A stretch of 64,000 nucleotides of DNA from a bacterium (GTDB taxonomy: Bacteria; Zhuqueibacterota; Zhuqueibacteria; Oceanimicrobiales; Oceanimicrobiaceae). The stretch's first letter is position 1. Every line of letters begins with the position of its first letter. The DNA lies in contig JBBIIG010000002.1 of assembly GCA_037446635.1 (NCBI GenBank), positions 32,001 through 96,000 on the forward strand, written 5' to 3'. Under the pieces are notes generated by a model, which was given only the letters and a program-made list of their open reading frames with translations, ran no database searches and was not told the DNA's origin. This document shows, piece by piece, positions 50,066 through 59,900 of this stretch. The position numbers and the translations under genes are program-made.

Positions 50066-51450
50066 GATTTAAAATCCTTTTGACTTTTTTGTCTCGTTCT
50101 GGCGGTTAGATCTTGTATCCAGATTTTTGTCTTCCCTGAAAATTCTTTGGGGGGCGAGGTGAATTTTTCGCGCGACTTGAGCGAATACAGCAAATTGTCT
50201 CTAATCTCAAAAACATCCAGCACCTTCAAGCTATCGACGATGAACAAGTAGCAATTTTCCAGCAGCGCAAAATCGACGCTGCTGCCCATCGAAATCAGAT
50301 TCTGCCGACGGAATTTTTCAAAGCTCTCGAGCAGGGCCGGGGTTTCTTTCACTTTCACCAACGTTTGAATGGGCGAAATGTGCGCGGGTGTGCGATGAAA
50401 TAATTTCTCCCGCAGCCTAGGAACCGATACGATGAAAATCGCCGCGACCAGCAATAGCATCAGCGCGAATCGTTTTGCGACCGCGGTTGCGCCGATCTTG
50501 CTGGCGCCGAGCCGCGAGCGAATCAACAGCAATAAAAAGGACGCTTTGAATTTCGCCATCCCGACCCGAAAAAAGTTGGACTCGATATCGCGAATGTTCA
50601 ACGTGATGGTTTCCATCATCGGCTTTTTGGGTTTGGCTTTCCGGGAGTAGGCCTTCCGTTCTTTTTTGAGATCGGACAATAATTCATCGGTGGTGCGATA
50701 CCGTTTCTTTGGGTCTTTTTTTAATGCCTTCTCTACGATCCGCTGCAGTCCCGGCGAAACCTCGGACTTGTAGGCGGTTAAGGGCTTCTGCGATTTGTGT
50801 AAAATCGCATACAGAATCTCCTCCTCGGTTCTACCCTCGAACGGATGGTGTCCGGTCAGTAATTCGTACAATAAAACGCCCACCGAAAAAATATCCGAGC
50901 TGGGTCCCAACTCCTCGCCGCGAATCTGTTCTGGCGAAGTGTAGGGGGCGGTTCCCATGCGAACGCCGTGCCGAGTGATGCTGGTATTCTCGATTAGCTT
51001 GGCCAATCCAAAATCGAGAATTTTGACCCAGCCGTCTTTGTCGATCATGACGTTGGCGGGCTTGATGTCGCGGTGAATGATGCCGGCCTGGTGCGCCTTG
51101 CGCAGTCCGCGGCAAATTTGAATGGCGATGGCGAGCGCATTATCCACCGAAATCTTCCGCTGCTCCATCAAGCTGCACAGGCTGACGCCATCGACGTACT
51201 CCATGGCGATGTAAAATTGCTCCTGATGTTTGGCGAGCTCATGCACCGTCACGATGTTGGGATGTTTCAATGCGGCCGCAGCGCGGGCCTCGCGCTTGAA
51301 GCGATCGATCAACTGTTTATTGGAAGTGAAGTTGGAGGGCAAAAATTTAAGCGCCACGCGCCGGTTTAGAAAGGTGTCTTCGGCAAGATAAACTTTCCCC
51401 ATCCCGCCTTCATCAATTTTGCTGAGTATTTTGAAATGTGAAATAATCAT
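50062..51450 (-). CDS. Hanks-type Ser/Thr protein kinase with C-terminal TM segment
   Basis: VALK, HRDIKPAN, DFGLA, GTAPYTSPEQ; ATGA overlap with the downstream gene. Confidence 0.95.
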   Translation of the reverse strand: MIISHFKILSKIDEGGMGKVYLAEDTFLNRRVALKFLPSNFTSNKQLIDRFKREARAAAALKHPNIVTVHELAKHQEQFYIAMEYVDGVSLCSLMEQRKISVDNALAIAIQICRGLRKAHQAGIIHRDIKPANVMIDKDGWVKILDFGLAKLIENTSITRHGVRMGTAPYTSPEQIRGEELGPSSDIFSVGVLLYELLTGHHPFEGRTEEEILYAILHKSQKPLTAYKSEVSPGLQRIVEKALKKDPKKRYRTTDELLSDLKKERKAYSRKAKPKKPMMETITLNIRDIESNFFRVGMAKFKASFLLLLIRSRLGASKIGATAVAKRFALMLLLVAAIFIVSVPRLREKLFHRTPAHISPIQTLVKVKETPALLESFEKFRRQNLISMGSSVDFALLENCYLFIVDSLKVLDVFEIRDNLLYSLKSREKFTSPPKEFSGKTKIWIQDLTARTRQKSQKDFKS

Positions 51451-51603
51451 CTGGTTTTGTTGACATGAATGTTCGATTCAGAATCATCTCTTGGGCAATT
51501 TTGATACCAGCGTTTTGGACGCTCTTTTAAGCTCGGAAAAATGAATTTTTCGGTTCTCCCGTCCCGAGAATAACGAATGTGTTATACAACATTGTAAGAA
51601 AAC

Positions 51604-53280
51604 TCAATTGTTCAAAAACAATTGCAGATGCGAGCGGCGCTCTTTGTTGGGGTGAAATTGGTGGCAAGTGACGCAGCGATTTGAAATTTTGTTTGCGGAG
51701 TGGCAGCTTTGACACGCGCGAATGGTTGGAATATTTTGCGTCGCCGCGCGATCGGCTTTGAAGGTTTTGGGCAGCGCCTGCTCGAACTCGCTGAAGCGCT
51801 CCACGGAAAACCGCAGTTGGTTTTCGTTCATGGGAATTGCGGAGTGACATTCGGTGCAGCGCTTGTTCAAAATGTGGGCGCGGTGATTGAACTCCGCGCG
51901 AATGAGCACGTCTTGATCGGCCTGCACCCGCCGAATGCTGGCGTTTTCAACCACGTGACATTTCTGGCATTCCGGGCCGTCGGCGCGCGTGAGATCAAAC
52001 GCAAGCTGCCGCAGAGCCGCTCGCTGGTTTTCCGTCAAACTGGTGTTTGATTTTGCAGATGAAAAATCAAATGGCGCGGCCGTCCGGCGCGGCGACGGCG
52101 TGTCGAGTCTCTGTTTCGCCAGGTTGAGCAGCGCGTTGATTTTGTTGATCTCTCCCTTCAGTTCGCTGCGGTTCTGCAACTCGTTTGCATAAACCCGCAG
52201 CGCGCCGATGGCCTCGCTGTAAAGCGAATCCACTCGCTGCGGCGAAACCGGCCCGGCGGAATTCAGCAAATCGAACAACCCGTCCGCCGGGTAAAGTGTT
52301 TTGCGGATGCGTTTCAAATTTTCTAAAATCCACGGGTCTTTGTGAATCACCGGATTTTTCGACACCTCGCCATCTTCAGCGCGGACAAGATTGGGATTGG
52401 CGGCAAAGGTCCACGCGAGGCCCGGGCCGCCGCGCTGCTGCATCTGCCGGATGGTTTCCGCGCCCGCAGCGTTTGGATTGGCCGGATCGAACTTCGGCAA
52501 GCCCTGCACCACGGCGTCGGCTTTCAGATGACACTGGGCGCAGTGCTTGTCAAAATTAATGTCCTTGAAATTTTTGCCGTCGGGCTCCGGATTGTGGCAG
52601 TAGAGGCAAGCGGCTTCATAAAAATGGACGAAATCCATGGTTTCCGCTTTCAAGGTTTTGAACAGCGGCTCGATTTGTTCCATGCCCTTCATTTGCTGGA
52701 GGACGAATACTGTGTGACGAAGATGGGTCATCTTCAACGTCGAGTCGTCCGGAGATTGCACGCGCGCAAATTCAAACTCCGGATGTTTTTTGTTGAACGA
52801 GCCGTAGGGGTGGCAACTCAAACATTTTGCGTCCGCAACGTCCGTGATGAGGGCGTCGCGGCCGCGATGCTCGAGGTGGCACGATCGACACGGCAGTTCG
52901 CGCGCGTAATATTTCTGCAACGTGTCGTGAGAGATGCGTCGAAAATCGTTCGAGCGATACAAATAGTGAGAGGAAAAGTTGTAAATCATCAGCTCACTGG
53001 TTTTTTCATGGCAACTACTGCAAAGGGCATCCGCCGCCGAGTTGCCGGGCTGGTGGCAGGCGGCGCAGTCGGTTTCAAAATTCGCGTGGTTGGAGGAAAT
53101 CGCTCCGGTGGAAATGAAATGGCTTTTTTGGAAAATGGTGTCGAACGAAAAATAAAGCAGAATGGCCGCGCCAATTCCGCTGCCAAAGAGCACCATCGTC
53201 CGCCGCGAGGCTGGCAGAAGATAGCCGGCGCTCACCGGCAGATTGATTGGGGCGAAGGTCTTTTTTCGTTTGGGTTTCAA
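51604..53280 (-). CDS. Membrane-anchored decahaem c-type cytochrome (cytochrome c3-like family)
   Basis: Ten CxxCH motifs counted; N-terminal TM anchor; TTG start. Confidence 0.88.
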   Translation of the reverse strand: MKPKRKKTFAPINLPVSAGYLLPASRRTMVLFGSGIGAAILLYFSFDTIFQKSHFISTGAISSNHANFETDCAACHQPGNSAADALCSSCHEKTSELMIYNFSSHYLYRSNDFRRISHDTLQKYYARELPCRSCHLEHRGRDALITDVADAKCLSCHPYGSFNKKHPEFEFARVQSPDDSTLKMTHLRHTVFVLQQMKGMEQIEPLFKTLKAETMDFVHFYEAACLYCHNPEPDGKNFKDINFDKHCAQCHLKADAVVQGLPKFDPANPNAAGAETIRQMQQRGGPGLAWTFAANPNLVRAEDGEVSKNPVIHKDPWILENLKRIRKTLYPADGLFDLLNSAGPVSPQRVDSLYSEAIGALRVYANELQNRSELKGEINKINALLNLAKQRLDTPSPRRTAAPFDFSSAKSNTSLTENQRAALRQLAFDLTRADGPECQKCHVVENASIRRVQADQDVLIRAEFNHRAHILNKRCTECHSAIPMNENQLRFSVERFSEFEQALPKTFKADRAATQNIPTIRACQSCHSANKISNRCVTCHQFHPNKERRSHLQLFLNN

Positions 53281-53308
53281 GATAAATTGAGTTTAATCTT
53301 ATTTACGG

Positions 53309-53341
53309 ACTTGCCAGGCACCTTTGAGGTGCCTGGCAAGT
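53309..53341. repeat. REP-like palindrome acttgccaggcacct-ttg-aggtgcctggcaagt
   Basis: 15-bp perfect arms; related to 23209 and 24410. Confidence 0.78.
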
Positions 53342-53362
53342 TTCAAAGCTGAGGGCTGATCG

Positions 53363-55843
53363 CTAATAATAAAACGCCGCAAACAAATGAATCGCCACCA
53401 GCACCAGCAAAACAATCGCAGGCGGCAGATGCAAATAGAGCCAAAGCTTCAGAGCTTTCTGCAAAGTGTAGTGCGCGTCGATTTCCAGTTTTGATTTATA
53501 CATCGCCTCCAACTCAATCAACTTTTCGCGTTCGATGCTCGACAGCAGCGTCTTCAAAAAATCGAATTGCCGCAGCCGGCGCTGGATGCCGCCGGTGATG
53601 TCAAAAAAATAAATAAAACGGATTTTAGGCGCTCGTAGGACTGGCGCAATTGTTTTGCGATAGAAGTCCCGGACCGGCGGCGAACCGTTTTCCACCAGCT
53701 TCTCCGCATTTTTGCGGATGGCCTCGATCAATTCCGGAATCCGCTCATAAACCACTTCAATCGAAAGCGCCGAGGCGAGAATCCGCGGCAGCCATTTCTG
53801 CAAAGCCACTCCCACAATTCCGCTGATCGTAACCCACACCGATAACATCCACAGCCACCAAAACAACGCGCCGTTCGGCAAACTGAAGCCGCTGTGCATG
53901 AACACCAGCAGCAGAAACAGCGCGCCGCCGTAAACGTGAAATTGCAGCCAGGTCTTTGCCCGCCCCCATTTTTGCCGGGAAGCGGCCCGCACGTTTCGCC
54001 GGCGAACGCCGTAAAACGCGGCGCCGAGCATCAGCGCGGCGGCGGCGGCGCCGTAACTCAATCCCCAGATGTTCCCGGCATCGAATTCCGAGACGAGGGC
54101 ATTGATTAAATAAACCAGCAGGCAGATGGCGCTGGCCGCTAAAAACGCCGCTGCCCAGTTTGGAGATTGTACCAGCTTTGCCAGTTTAAAATGGTTGCTG
54201 TTTTTGCGGCGCTCGCTGCGAGACACCAGTTGCGCAAATTTGTCCATGCTCGGCACGCGCACCGCGCAGCCGTGCGGGCAGTTGCTCACACACGCCGGCG
54301 GGTGCCCGGTGTTGAAGCACAAATCACACTTCGTCGCAATTTGGGTGATCTCGTTGCGCGCCTTTTTGACGGCGGCGTGCGGGCCTAACAGCGTCTCCGT
54401 TTTCACCATGGTGATGGCGTTATACGGACATTTGTGGTAGCACGCCTGGCAGCCGATGCACAGCTCGGCGTCGATCTCCACCACGTCGCCCACGCCGGCG
54501 CGGCGAATGGCGCCGGTGGGGCAGCCGATCAAACACACCGGATCCTGGCAGTGGTAGCAAGCGCGGGTGATGAGAAAATTTTGATATTTCTCCCCCTCGC
54601 GCACGAACCGCGGCAAGCCGCCGTGGGTGTCGGCGCAGCCGCGCACACAGTCGTCGCAGCGGGTGCAGGTGTCGAGATCGATCACCAGCACGCTGTTGCC
54701 CTCGACCAATCCAGTTTCCAACGCCGTGCTCAAAAATTCTGACTCGGCGACATTGCGTTTACTGTAGCCGGCTTCCTTAACCCGCTGCGCCGACGATTCC
54801 CATAACGACTTCTGAATGTGAGGATACTGAGCCAGCAGCATCTCGAAATCAACGTGGGCAATTCGCACCAATTCCGTATTCTCCACCGAGAGGGCGGTGT
54901 AAAGCCAGTCGGTGTGATGTAACAGAAATTCGATCTCGCCCAGCACCATGCCTTTCGAAAGATAATTGACCACCAGTTCGCCGGCGCCGAATTTCTGCGA
55001 CAGTTTCACAAAACCGGACCGCACCAAATAGACAGCATCCGCCCAGACGCCCTCCTGCGCGATCACCTCGTTGCGCCGAAACGATTGCAGCTCAACCTTC
55101 TTTTTGAATTCTTCAATAAACTGATCCGAGCAGCCCTGCAACAGCGGCGTGTTTTTGAGCTGCGCCGCCAGCGAGCGCTCCACGTAAATTTGATTGAGCC
55201 GCTTTTTGAGCGCCGGCGACTTCCGTTTCATGGCCTCCAGCGCCGGCGTTCTGATTTGGATTAAAATGCACTCGCTGGCGGTTTTGGCGGTGACCGATTG
55301 CGGCCAGCCGACCGACGCGCCGGTCTCACCAAACATTTCGCCCGGGCCAAGCGACAACACACCGCCCCACGCGAGGTCAACATCCATCGAAGAAAGGAGG
55401 GTCACTTTGCGGGTCTTTTTGATCTGCGTGATCTGCGTTTGGAGAACCGTTGGACTCAGCCGCTCGAATTTGCCGTTGCCATTCGACGAAACCGGGCTGT
55501 AGATTTTCGAGCGCTCTTTATCGAAGATGGGCTTCGACAACAAATTCTGCTGTTTCTGAACGCAAATCTCCACCTGCCCTTTCACCACAAAAAAGGCGAG
55601 ATCGATGTACGAGCCCTCTTCGAACAAAACTTTCTGCTTATCCCAAACCGCGACGCAAATATCCGGGCTGATTTTTTCGAGAAACTCTAAATCGTAATCT
55701 CGAAAAATATCAAACTGCTTGAGCTTGACTGCCGGCAGACGGCTGTAGATTTTGCGGATGCCGGTCTGTTTACCGAACACCGTCCAGCGGTCCTGAAATT
55801 GTTCTTCACGCCGGGGGACACTCCGGCTCCGAACCTGATTCAT
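53363..55843 (-). CDS. Tandem cyclic-nucleotide-binding domains + 4x[4Fe-4S] ferredoxin + His-containing multi-TM domain fusion
   Basis: FGE..VTAK and LGEIE cNMP-like motifs; CTRCDDCVRGC, CYHCQDPVCLIGCP, CIGCQACYHKCP, CDLC..PACVSNCP; TM His in WLQFH..MH and WLYLH..IH; ATGA overlap at 55840-55843. Confidence 0.88.
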   Translation of the reverse strand: MNQVRSRSVPRREEQFQDRWTVFGKQTGIRKIYSRLPAVKLKQFDIFRDYDLEFLEKISPDICVAVWDKQKVLFEEGSYIDLAFFVVKGQVEICVQKQQNLLSKPIFDKERSKIYSPVSSNGNGKFERLSPTVLQTQITQIKKTRKVTLLSSMDVDLAWGGVLSLGPGEMFGETGASVGWPQSVTAKTASECILIQIRTPALEAMKRKSPALKKRLNQIYVERSLAAQLKNTPLLQGCSDQFIEEFKKKVELQSFRRNEVIAQEGVWADAVYLVRSGFVKLSQKFGAGELVVNYLSKGMVLGEIEFLLHHTDWLYTALSVENTELVRIAHVDFEMLLAQYPHIQKSLWESSAQRVKEAGYSKRNVAESEFLSTALETGLVEGNSVLVIDLDTCTRCDDCVRGCADTHGGLPRFVREGEKYQNFLITRACYHCQDPVCLIGCPTGAIRRAGVGDVVEIDAELCIGCQACYHKCPYNAITMVKTETLLGPHAAVKKARNEITQIATKCDLCFNTGHPPACVSNCPHGCAVRVPSMDKFAQLVSRSERRKNSNHFKLAKLVQSPNWAAAFLAASAICLLVYLINALVSEFDAGNIWGLSYGAAAAALMLGAAFYGVRRRNVRAASRQKWGRAKTWLQFHVYGGALFLLLVFMHSGFSLPNGALFWWLWMLSVWVTISGIVGVALQKWLPRILASALSIEVVYERIPELIEAIRKNAEKLVENGSPPVRDFYRKTIAPVLRAPKIRFIYFFDITGGIQRRLRQFDFLKTLLSSIEREKLIELEAMYKSKLEIDAHYTLQKALKLWLYLHLPPAIVLLVLVAIHLFAAFYY

Positions 55844-56994
55844 CGTTGATTGATCTGCTGGTGAATGTATTCGATGTAGTTTTTGATTTCTAACAAAATG
55901 GAATCGAGCGGCGCGTTTTGAGATTTTAGCTCGAACGGTTTGACTGTGATCGTCCTGTTCGGATTCAGCCACGGCGGCAAGCTCGGATCGACGTAAACAA
56001 ACACCGTGTCGGTTGCGCCGGCAAGCATGTCCGCGCCTTCGGGAAGCGCCGCTAATTTGACAGTGAATTCCGGAATCGGCTTGGCTTGCAGCGCGCGCTG
56101 GTACGGCGCTTCCGAGAGATCTTCGCTGCGAAGCTGGTAGTCCCAGTGTTTGGAAATGTTGTTGCGAATGCCTTTGATGTAGTCGAATCCTTCGCCGGTT
56201 GGGTGATCCGCTTCCAACAATTTCTTCTCGTTGATTTGATGGCAGTCCACGCAGGTTTTCGCGCGCGTGTTGATGTTGCGCAATTCCCGCAAACCCACCC
56301 GCAGCGCTTTTTGATAACCCGTGCGCTCGGTGCTGAGCGGATCACTCGGCGGCGTGCCTTCCTGATGAACTTCAAAATAGCCGACGCCTTTCGGCCCGGC
56401 CGCGCCGTGGCAACTCTCGCAGCTCACGCCGGTGTTGAGATTGTTGGCTTCGCGTCCGCTCACCACTTCGCCGTGGCAACTGGCGCAAGGTGAATTCGCT
56501 TTTAAATAATCCGCCGGATCCAGCCCATAGCCCTGTGCAATGCGCATCGACTTCTGCTTTTTGCGTTTCAAATTCGCCACCGAGCTAAAATGCGGATCCG
56601 CTTTCCACCAGTTGCCATCGGACTGATGGCACGTGCCGCGCTCGGTGCCGCAGGAGCGGTAGCCCAACGTTTGATATTTTTTCTGCTGGGCATCGCTGGG
56701 GCGAATCGCCGGCAAGATAAATATCCCCGAGAGCAAAACTGCGCCGGCAAGCAATGCTCGAAAAAAGCCTATCGGTGATTTAACGTTCCTCCCCCATTTT
56801 TGCTTTTTGAAAATGGGGGAGGTTAGGAGGGGGTCGACCCCCTCCCGGCCTCCCCCAAATTCCGTTCTGTGGAATTTGGGGGAGGGGAATTCTGTCCCAA
56901 AGCGCCTAGACAAACCAGTGGAGAAATTGCAGAGAAAACCTTTGCGTATCCTTTGCGGTTCTACATCTCCGCGTGAGTGGTTTTGCTTTTTCAT
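55840..56994 (-). CDS. Cytochrome c554-like multihaem protein (3 CxxCH + 1 CX6CH)
   Basis: CASCH, GVSCESCHG, CVDCH, CGTERGTCH; ATGA overlap with the upstream stop at 56991-56994. Confidence 0.85.
   Translation of the reverse strand: MKKQNHSRGDVEPQRIRKGFLCNFSTGLSRRFGTEFPSPKFHRTEFGGGREGVDPLLTSPIFKKQKWGRNVKSPIGFFRALLAGAVLLSGIFILPAIRPSDAQQKKYQTLGYRSCGTERGTCHQSDGNWWKADPHFSSVANLKRKKQKSMRIAQGYGLDPADYLKANSPCASCHGEVVSGREANNLNTGVSCESCHGAAGPKGVGYFEVHQEGTPPSDPLSTERTGYQKALRVGLRELRNINTRAKTCVDCHQINEKKLLEADHPTGEGFDYIKGIRNNISKHWDYQLRSEDLSEAPYQRALQAKPIPEFTVKLAALPEGADMLAGATDTVFVYVDPSLPPWLNPNRTITVKPFELKSQNAPLDSILLEIKNYIEYIHQQINQR
56782..56892. repeat. 111-bp double-hairpin REP element, in frame within the c554-like gene
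   Basis: cctcccccatttt..aaaatgggggagg + cctcccccaaattcc..ggaatttgggggagg; inverted copy at 60855-60966. Confidence 0.85.
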
Positions 56995-59900
56995 CTCTTC
57001 GAGAAATCTTTCTTCACAAACTGTTTCCAACCATCATCGGAGACGGTGTAGAACTCGCCGGCTTCGTTGATGTAAAATGCCCGCTGCTCATCGAGGGTGA
57101 ACGGCCGCGAGCCGATTCTCCCGAAAATGCTGACTTGATTGCCGCTCTCATCCACGGCGCGATCGCGGTCGAGGCCTTTGGAAATCGCCAGTGCCGGGCC
57201 GCGCGTTTTGTGAGTCGCGATCAGCAGCGGCTGCGGCGTGGGGCTGAATCCCAAGTGTCCGGGCGTCAGCGGCGATGTGAGTTGAATCACACGCAAACCG
57301 TTTTTGCCATCGGCGACATACGCAAACAGGCTGGCGTTGGTGGAAGCGACTTTCACGCCGCGGGCATCGTTGATTTTGCCGTTGGCGGTGAACGTCTGCG
57401 CGATGAAAATCGAGTCCGGCTTTTCGATATCAATCATCACCAGCCCCTGTTGGCCGGCCGCGACGTAGGCGTAAGTGCGGGCGCAGTAAATGTCCATCGC
57501 CTGCGACAGCGGTACAAAACTGTTGCGGACGATTTGCGGCGACTCCGGATTGGTGACGTCAATCACCTTCACGCCCTCCTCATCGCACACAAAGGCGTAG
57601 CGAAACTGAATGGCGATGCTGCGCGGCTCCTTTAAATCCGGAGGCGCAATCGTACTCACTACCTCCGGCTTGAGCGGATCATCAATGCTCACGATCACCA
57701 AACCTTTTTGGCAAAGAACATAAACGTAATTTCCCGCGATGGCCAAATTGCGTGCGCCATTTAGCACGCCATCGGGATTGAACATGACGTCCCGTTTCAA
57801 AAAATTGTTGGTGGGATCGCCGTCCGCCAGTGTCATCACGTCAACCAAAATCAGGCCCTCATAGTGATCCGTGATGTATGCGTAGCTGTACAGCGGATGC
57901 AGCGGTTTTTCCTGATTGTCGGGATTCTCCACGGCTGCTTTTCTTTTGGTGTCGATGGGCATGTTGGTGGGCAGCGCCACGGCGGTGGCAAATTTAGTTT
58001 TCACATGCGTATCCTGTCCGAACGGTGACACCGGCGCGGAGACGATGCGCTGCGAAAAAGCTTTGTTGTCGATGTTCGCCACGTCGAACACGCGGAAACC
58101 ATCCCGACCGTTGGCGGTGTAGAGATACTCGCCGCGCAGTTGCAGGCTGCGAATGTAATCGCCGCCGTGATGATGTGCGGTCTGCAGTTCCTGCTTGTTC
58201 GCGAGATGCTTTTTGAAATTGTCCGGATACGCCAGCTTTTGCAAATAGCTGCCGATCACCGCCTGCGGCTCGCCATCCTCAGTGACGGCAACCGCTGTTA
58301 AGCCATCCTTTCCCTCGGCGACGTAAACATACTTGCCCATGAAATTGACGAAGTTGGTGCCCTGCAACAGCACCTGCGCCATCCACGCGTTGTTGTCGTT
58401 GTTACTCGAAATGTGACAGTCCGTGCAGGCGCGCGTTTCCGCTTTGCGCACCGTATGGGCAAAATGCGGGTTGAACGCCTGACTGCTGTAGCCCGGCGCG
58501 GAAATCGGCGGCTGCTGCAAATAGATCTGCTCGCGGTTGGCGTTCTTCGAACTCAAGACCAGCGCGCTGCTGGAGCGCGCCGTGGTGATCTTGTTGCCCT
58601 TCGTCGTGCCATTGATGCACAGCATGAAGCCGTCGTCGCGCACCACTTGCGGATTGTAAGTCGTCCAGTTGCGGCTCTCTGTGCCCTCGAAGTGGTTCAT
58701 CGATTTTTGCCAGTTGGCTTGCTGCGGCAGGTGGCAGCCAAAGCAGTTGGTGATCCACGAGGTGTGGCAGGACTGGCATTCCATTTTTTGCGAAGCGTGC
58801 GCCAGCCGCGCTTCGTCGATGCCATCGGCGGTTTGCATGTTGCCACCCTTCGCAATCAACTTGGCGGCATACGATTTTGGATTGTACCCGCGCGAGTTGG
58901 GATCGATGGAATCCCGCACCTGGCTGATTTCCCATTGCAACGTGTCGCTCATCATCGAGCGCTGAATACGTTTGTCGCCGATGATTTCGAAACGGGCGTC
59001 GCGAAACGGCGTTTGTAGCAGCGTGAGATCGGTGCCGCCGTCCGGCGCCGCGACGCCGGAGGTTTTGAAAGTCGCGTACTCGCTGACCGTGCCGTGGCAA
59101 TCGACGCACTGAATTTCGATGGCATTGTGAAATTCGCCGTAAAGTTTGCCGTTGCCGTGTACGTCGCGCTCGAAGTGGCAATCCACGCAGTGCATGCCTT
59201 TTTCGAGATGGATATCCTTCAGATGCACGGCTTTCTGCGCAGTTCGACAAGCATCGTCGCAAAATCCGTCGTCGCCAAAGAGTGGCACCACGCCGTGAAA
59301 TTTGTGTTCGGAATTTTCCGGGATGATGTTATCGTTTTTGTCCAGCAAATTTCCCTTGCGATCTTTTTTGAACACAGCGCGGAAAATCCAGCCGTGGCCG
59401 TGATAATCGGAGAATTGCGTGTCCTGCAATTTCGGATTCAGTTTACTAACATTGGCGAGGAAGCGGCGATCCGCCCATTTGCCGCGTAACACCGCTTCCT
59501 CTGGATTGCGCTCGAGCAGCGCGCGCTTTTCTGCGGAGGAAAACTCCTGTTGTTTTTCCGGATACAACGCCTGACCGTCGGTTTCGTAGTCCCACATTTG
59601 AAAGCCATAAAATGTGTTGAGAAACGCGTTGGGCTGGTGCATGTGACAAGTCATGCACTGGCTTGAAGGGATGCTGAGGGTGAATTGATGGCGAATCGGA
59701 TGGCCTTCCTGTTTCTTGGGAAGGGCTTTGTCGCCAGTGACCCCGTAGCCGGTGTTGCCGTATTTCGCGTAAGCCCCGGCGTGCAGCGGAGAACGATCGT
59801 TGGCGTAAATCACGTGACACGCGGTGCAGCCACTGGAACGATAATCGCCGGGCTGATCGTTCGTTCCCATGAATGACAGATGCGGATCGTTGAGCCGGGT

